Shown one piece after another: positions 5,757 to 10,029 of a DNA stretch of 10,029 nt. Source of the DNA: Paramicrosporidium saccamoebae KSL3. Lineage: Eukaryota; Fungi; Cryptomycota. The stretch lies in the NCBI GenBank assembly GCA_002794465.1, contig MTSL01000178.1, positions 1-10,029 on the forward strand, given 5' to 3'. The notes below the pieces were generated by a model. The model saw only the letters and a list, made by a program, of their open reading frames with translations, did no database searches and had not been told where the DNA came from. Made by a program: the position numbers and the translations under genes. The stretch's first letter is position 1; every line of letters starts with the position of its first letter.

Positions 5757-7120
5757 CATGGAGCGACCATCGGGCATCCTGAGGAGATAGTCTCCGTGTT
5801 GCGTTATGTAGCGCACCCATGGCAGGGCGGGATAGCCGCTCTTCTCAACAATCTTCAGGTACCGCACCTGAATACCAGAGGCAGTGTAGTAGGGCACTTC
5901 AAACTTTACAGAGATTGGTAGCAGTTTATGTTCACTGGCATCCTCTACAGAATAAGCAATATAAGGGACGCATACCAGATTTCACACTGGGGAAACCAAA
6001 ACGAGCGCGCATTTGGAATTCCTTTCCGCTTGGGAAGAATCCAATAGTCCATACAATGGCAGCTTGGTCGGGCTCGTACGAGGCCGTTCCAACCGTCGTC
6101 TAAACAATCAGCATCAAGTAAAGTATATACTTTGAATTTCGGTGTATCAGCATCCTCAGGGACAGGGATGATAATTTCCACGCCATTTGCATTCGTCCGT
6201 TTTTTCAGCTGACTCTTGGCCTTGATCAGATACTCAATTCTACTGGCGCTCCATCGCTCAATGACACATTCGACCCAAATGGGTGGCTTCATTGCCGTCG
6301 GTGTCATCCGGTACGACATGAGCTCAAAATCTCCGTCCGGCGGTATAAATGAAATGGCTCGTTCTGATTCAAATTTCTGCAGCCTGACGCATTGGTGGAA
6401 TTTGACGTCTTCCAGATCCACCGTTTTGGCCGTGCGGCCGGTGCGACCAGAATTTTCAAAGAGAATGCGGTCGTTGAGACCGAGCCGCAGTTCGGGCATC
6501 CCAGAGAGGTAGCAGCGCACCTTGACCGAGCCGACAATTTCGGATTGTACAACGTTCCCGTTGCTATTGACAAGCAAATTGAGAGACTCGATGACGTCGA
6601 GGAACACTTCATTCTTCCGATACTTGATACCCTCGGAACGCCACGAGACTGCACTAGTGACAGCGGAGGGGGGACGTGCGGGGCCAGTGTCCAGCTGGAA
6701 GGACTGTTGAGTAATGTACTCTTTTAAAATGTTCTTTTCTGTCGTCTGAGCATGGCCAAAGTCCATCATTTCGTCAAGAAGCTCATAGACCACCACGAAA
6801 TTGTCCCGAAGACTCTCTTCCTCCAACTCCCGAAAGTACTCTGTGAAGACATCGACTAGTCGGTGCAGAAACAACAGCGCTGTCATAACATTCGAGTTGC
6901 GCTTTGTCAGGGCCAATATGTAAAGATTGGCGTGGCGAATGTGTACGTAAGTGATATCGTTGCATGTCAAGATGGGCGTGGCAGTGCGCTTCTGGTCTTC
7001 CAAGTCGGAGAGGAGTCCAACAAACTTTTCTGCAGCATCCGGCGAAATATCGCCGCGATAGTCACGGTGCAAAAGGACCTTTCCCTTTAGGTCCAAAAAA
7101 AAGATGGAAGACAACACCAT
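5754..7120 (-). CDS. APM1: AP-1 adaptor complex mu subunit; join(7120..6131, 6099..5976, 5944..5754), 434 aa
   Basis: Motifs SSIFFLDLKGKVLL, LEEESLRDNFVVVYELLDEMMDFG, VTSAVSWRSEGIKYRKNEVFLDVIE, CYLSGMPELRLGLND, DVKFHQCVRL and FIPPDGDFELMSYR are present. Removing two 31-nt introns restores PKFK|TTVG...WTIGFFPSGKEFQMRARFGFPSV and PISVKFEVPYYTASGIQVRYLKIVEKSGYPALPWVRYITQHGDY, the canonical mu1 C-terminus. Confidence 0.95.
5945..5975 (-). other. 31-nt spliceosomal intron 2 of APM1
   Basis: GTATGCGTCCCTTATATTGCTTATTCTGTAG; removal is required to restore the conserved C-terminal frame. The branch-like GCTTAT has its A 8 nt from the end. Confidence 0.92.
6100..6130 (-). other. 31-nt spliceosomal intron 1 of APM1
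   Basis: GTATATACTTTACTTGATGCTGATTGTTTAG; removal restores PKFK-TTVG. The branch-like GCTGAT has its A 8 nt from the end. Confidence 0.93.
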
Positions 7121-7286
7121 GCTGTGTGAAACGATATGGATAAATGTTTACTGTGAGGTTTGTTATGTAATGATCCGCGGGGTTGGTATTATAATGATGA
7201 TCCATTAGGTTGGTATTATAGAGATGATCCACTAGGTTGGTGTTGTATTGAGGATCCACCAGATTGGTGTTGTATTGGGGATCCAT
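7062..7286 (-). CDS. Possible 74-aa repeat-containing small protein / overlapping uORF (MDPQYNTNLVDPQYNTNLVDHLYNTNLMDHHYNTNPADHY...)
   Basis: An ATG sits immediately before the first full repeat unit, and the repeat variation is biased to synonymous sites in this frame. The ORF overlaps the first 59 nt of APM1 in another frame. The ORF-track start at 7388 is GTG, not ATG. Confidence 0.35.
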   Translation of the reverse strand: MDPQYNTNLVDPQYNTNLVDHLYNTNLMDHHYNTNPADHYITNLTVNIYPYRFTQHGVVFHLFFGPKGKGPFAP

Positions 7287-7301
7287 GAGGTTGATATGGT
7301 A
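7152..7301. repeat. 27-bp minisatellite: 4 full units plus 2 degenerate flanking units
   Basis: Minus-strand units: GATCCCCAATACAACACCAATCTGGTG, GATCCTCAATACAACACCAACCTAGTG, GATCATCTCTATAATACCAACCTAATG, GATCATCATTATAATACCAACCCCGCG (7283-7176). A 24-nt degenerate unit follows at 7175-7152. Confidence 0.95.
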
Positions 7302-7458
7302 GTAGGTAATACTTGTCTCTGTTCCGTGGATATGATATATCCTCGAATCAATGACTATGCTCTCTCGTAATGAACCCTTTAGCCCCACTCAATGGCCACA
7401 CTTTCTAACAATTACGTCTAGAAGCCAGCCTTTGCGTCGGTTCCTGAGAAACGATTGG

Positions 7459-7498
7459 CCTCTCATCCTCTCATCCTCTCAGCATCTCAGCCTCTCGG
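7459..7498. repeat. Degenerate 8-bp tandem repeat, 5 units
   Basis: cctctcat cctctcat cctctcag catctcag cctctcgg, directly preceded by ATTGG (7454-7458). Confidence 0.8.
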
Positions 7499-7551
7499 CT
7501 TCTTGGATACCGTCCATAGAAACGGGCCAGATCTGGATCGGCACAAACACC

Positions 7552-8193
7552 ATGGTCGCTAGTACTCCGCCTGAGGATCCTCGTTCCTCATTGACTCCGC
7601 ATCCGTCACGTACAAAGTCTCCGGGATTGATCAACCTGAATCAGACCTCGCTGACAGCAATGGCCACCATGATAAACAGTCGAAACATTGCGTTGCTGCA
7701 GTCACGGCTGGATCACCACGAGGTGGCGCTACATACGCTCCATGAGCGGGTTGAGGTGCAGAATGCGGTGATTGGGTGTCTGGTTCGGATGGTGGGAGTC
7801 CTTAGAGAGCGATTGCTTGTCAGCGAGCAGACGGTAAAGAAGATGGCAGCGGTATTAAAGGTGGCTGGAGTGCATCTAGTAATGGTCAGAATGGCTGTGC
7901 GGAGTAGTCCAGCATACCGAGAAGGTCTACTTCAGATTGCATCAAGTCAAATATGGAAACTAAAGGGTTGGCTGCTTGCATCCTTGTTCTGTCATGGAGC
8001 CCTGAAATGGGGCCAGATCTACACTGCGCAAGAGATGGCTAGTCTGCTTCTTTTAGGGACAGTGCTGCCGCCAAAGATGATCAGGCGAATGCAACTGGCA
8101 GTAAATCTGACCCTCCTAGCAGGATCAACCTTACTGCTGAAAGAATTCTTCCGAGAAGTCTCCCAAACTCTACCTTTTAAGCTGTTTTTATAA
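7552..8193 (+). CDS. Hypothetical protein, coiled-coil followed by hydrophobic helices (213 aa from ATG 7552; the ORF is open from 7351)
   Basis: An 843-bp open frame fills the gap, and I found no comparable minus-strand frame. A heptad pattern runs through LQSRLDHHEVALHTLHERVEVQNAVIGCLVRMVGVLRERL, and the C-terminal half is hydrophobic. The stop is 36 bp before TTC27. ATG 7552 has a strong context (CAAACACC ATG G). No family was recognised. Confidence 0.6.
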   Translation: MVASTPPEDPRSSLTPHPSRTKSPGLINLNQTSLTAMATMINSRNIALLQSRLDHHEVALHTLHERVEVQNAVIGCLVRMVGVLRERLLVSEQTVKKMAAVLKVAGVHLVMVRMAVRSSPAYREGLLQIASSQIWKLKGWLLASLFCHGALKWGQIYTAQEMASLLLLGTVLPPKMIRRMQLAVNLTLLAGSTLLLKEFFREVSQTLPFKLFL

Positions 8194-8195
8194 AA
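8189..8195 (+). promoter_or_regulatory. TATAAAA element overlapping the upstream stop codon; candidate TATA box of TTC27
   Basis: TTT TTA TAA AAG lies 34 nt before ATG 8230. The call rests on motif and position only. Confidence 0.35.
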
Positions 8196-8229
8196 GACTT
8201 TATTCGCGTAGGCCGAATCCCTGGCAGGC

Positions 8230-10029
8230 ATGACAGTGACAATGAGTCCAGGTATGGCAGCAGGGTTGGAGGATTTTACCCGTGTTGGCTGTCCCGTAGA
8301 GCATCTCCAAATTCATAATGCTCTCGAAATATTTACCGAGTATCTTTCGACCGGAACTATTTGCAAGGACTCTGCACTTGGCACTGCCTGCGTTCTGGCC
8401 TTTGTGCAGGCAAACTGGACAGGCCCCTACTTACCAGAAAGCTTTCCTGATCCTTCTCATGGTGAATGTGTCAAGAAGCTGCAGATGGGAGGAGAAGCAG
8501 TGTATCCGTTGGTACGCTATCCGTGGCTTTTGGTCTTGGCGAAGGAATGTTTAGACGGTTGGTGGCTTCTTCGAGCCCTGCACCTGAACCAAAGACTATT
8601 GGATAGTCCGTCCTCTGAGCTTGTCGAGATGATGGAAGTCCTTATTACCGCAAATGTAAGCAAACTGGGCGAGTTGACGGCCGGCGAAAGTTGTGTAGAG
8701 GCCGCGCTGATAGCGCAGACTAATGGAAATCAAAAGCTTTCCGAGGATCTGATAGAAGCCGCTTGCAAATACAGCGGATTCCGGCATCATCTTACCGGAA
8801 TTCTCGGCCGTCGCACAAAGTTCCAGAGCTTTGATGTTACCCAACTTGCAGTCAAAGTGGAAGAATCCGCCCCTCGAGATTTACCAAAGGGGAGTGAAAC
8901 GACCGGCCCTGCTAATATTGAGCTTCAGGACGAGTATTTACTGGACAGGCCTGATCTGAACGAACCTTTATCGGGAAAAATCTCAGAAACTGGTCTTGCC
9001 ATAATTATGGCTGAGGCCATGCATGTGCTGCGGTTTTACGCAAAAGACGCCACAGTTATAGAAAAGGCAATGGCACTTGTTCAGTGTGTCCTCGAGCACC
9101 CTGGGAACTGGTGTATTTACTCTAGCGCATTATTCCTCCGCTCCAGCCTGGAAAGCAGTCGTGCCCGGTTTGTTGAGCGGGCCGCTCTTCAGTATCAGGC
9201 CCTGGTGGATCAAATGAAGGACACCAAGGTTCCCTTCGAGGATCGAGTCCACTGTCTATTTGCAACGCCTCTACCGCCTGACTGGGAATTGGATCGTCAC
9301 CAAGCCAGACTGTTCGCAGGGTTGGGAGTTTTCCGCACGGCCTCGGTCATTTTTGAGCGTCGTGCAATGTGGGATGAGTACATATCCTGTCTGATCCAAA
9401 TTGGAGAACGAACCAAGGCAGAGGAGCTGCTGAACGAAAAAATTGAAAAGGATCCGCTAAACGTGAAAATGTTGTGCATTCTAGGAGACCTGAAAGACGA
9501 TCATACTCTGTATCAAAAGGCATGGGAAGTTTCCAACAAGAGATTTGCCCGGGCCATGCGTTCGCTTGGAATGTACTACTTTAAAAAGGAAATGATTCCC
9601 GAGGCCATTGAAGCATTCGAGTCTGCCTTGGCACTCAATGCACTTTTTGACAAGATTTGGTTCCTGGTTGGATGTGCTGCGCTGCAGCTCGAAGACTTTA
9701 AGAAAGCTCGAAATGCATTCTCGCGAACCGTCGGAATTGATCCTGAGAATTCCGAGGCATGGAATAACCTGGCAGCTGTGTATCTGTATTCAGGGCAGCA
9801 GGAAGAGGCTTTGCGCGCGTTAAAGGAAGCAGGAAAGCGCAAGTTTGATAATTGGAAGATTTGGGACAATATTTTCAGAGTCTCCTTGTCCCTAGGCGAA
9901 ATTACTGAAGCTATCGCAGCGTATAGAAGAGTTGCAGAAATCCGCGGAAAAGAGACAGACTTGGGAAACCTCGACTACATTTTCGAGACTCTCAAGTCGG
10001 CAATCAGTACTCATGGACTGAGAGATTCA
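8230..10029 (+). CDS. EMW1: TPR-repeat protein TTC27 / EMW1, 3'-partial (600 codons in window)
   Basis: Manual translation is open from ATG 8230 to the window edge, so it is missing from the ORF track. Family motifs include AFVQANWTGP, GGEAVYPLV, WWLLRALHLNQRLLD, LTGILGRRTKFQ, NWCIYSSALFLRS, VERAALQYQALVD and ARAMRSLG. TPR units include WFLVGCAALQLEDFKKARNAFSRTVGIDPENSEAWNNLAAVY and NWKIWDN. Alternative ATGs are at 8242 and 8254. Confidence 0.9.
   Translation, partial: MTVTMSPGMAAGLEDFTRVGCPVEHLQIHNALEIFTEYLSTGTICKDSALGTACVLAFVQANWTGPYLPESFPDPSHGECVKKLQMGGEAVYPLVRYPWLLVLAKECLDGWWLLRALHLNQRLLDSPSSELVEMMEVLITANVSKLGELTAGESCVEAALIAQTNGNQKLSEDLIEAACKYSGFRHHLTGILGRRTKFQSFDVTQLAVKVEESAPRDLPKGSETTGPANIELQDEYLLDRPDLNEPLSGKISETGLAIIMAEAMHVLRFYAKDATVIEKAMALVQCVLEHPGNWCIYSSALFLRSSLESSRARFVERAALQYQALVDQMKDTKVPFEDRVHCLFATPLPPDWELDRHQARLFAGLGVFRTASVIFERRAMWDEYISCLIQIGERTKAEELLNEKIEKDPLNVKMLCILGDLKDDHTLYQKAWEVSNKRFARAMRSLGMYYFKKEMIPEAIEAFESALALNALFDKIWFLVGCAALQLEDFKKARNAFSRTVGIDPENSEAWNNLAAVYLYSGQQEEALRALKEAGKRKFDNWKIWDNIFRVSLSLGEITEAIAAYRRVAEIRGKETDLGNLDYIFETLKSAISTHGLRDS

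Noticed and set aside
5945-6130. ORF-track C-terminus of the 391-aa AP-mu ORF (VYTLLDADCL...SLILLIL) as the main product
   Set aside because: It is intron read-through. Splicing restores the canonical mu1 C-terminus.
69-6727. Plus-strand ORFs such as 397-828, 2098-2544, 2372-2725, 3164-3532, 3783-4244, 6216-6512 and 6392-6727
   Set aside because: They are antisense shadows of well-supported minus-strand genes with no recognisable motifs.
7122-7151. 30-nt GTAAAC...CACAG 5'UTR intron directly before the APM1 ATG
   Set aside because: There is no CT-N-A-Y branch 8-9 nt from the end as in the other introns, and it does not bring the repeat ORF into the APM1 frame.
7152-7301. CRISPR array interpretation of the 27-bp repeat
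   Set aside because: The units are contiguous with no unique spacers, there are no cas genes, and the context is eukaryotic with spliceosomal introns.
7524-8020. 11-bp match GGGCCAGATCT at 7524 and 8010
   Set aside because: Matches of this length are expected by chance in 10 kb.
8019-9869. Short minus-strand and off-frame ORFs over EMW1 and the orphan (8019-8231, 8318-8554, 8596-8844, 9297-9479, 9576-9869, 9608-9823)
   Set aside because: They overlap the continuous TTC27/EMW1 frame or the orphan ORF and have no independent coding evidence.

Overview
Eukaryotic, highly compacted, fungal-like DNA with no prokaryotic features. The raw ORF track misleads here: two genes run off the window ends and two are split by 31-35 nt spliceosomal introns. 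Four co-oriented minus-strand endomembrane genes lie in transcription order: AP-1 mu subunit (5754-7120, two 31-nt introns), ribophorin I/OST1 (3890-5713), a GPAT3/4/GPAT9-type glycerol-3-phosphate acyltransferase (1927-3581, one 35-nt coding intron plus a probable 34-nt 5'UTR intron), and a GDA1/CD39-family Golgi nucleoside diphosphatase (<1-1280). Diverging from them on the plus strand are an unassigned coiled-coil/hydrophobic ORF (about 7552-8193) and TTC27/EMW1 (8230->10029). Some intergenic gaps are only 36-40 bp. Micro-introns and tight packing suggest a reduced-genome early-diverging fungus or rozellid/microsporidian relative; this is inference only. Best leads: (1) the GPAT carries a C-terminal W..Y...RLENxxWRxW module like fungal DUF1752 (Reg1/AreA) and the ChREBP/Mondo nutrient-sensing helix; (2) a 27-bp repeat whose variation is mostly synonymous in a 74-aa ORF overlapping the APM1 start; (3) a tandem duplication of the GPAT-GDA1 spacer that built a chimeric 15-codon uORF; (4) a 5'UTR micro-intron whose donor overlaps an ATG-TAA start-stop element. 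All family assignments come from remembered motifs, not database searches.
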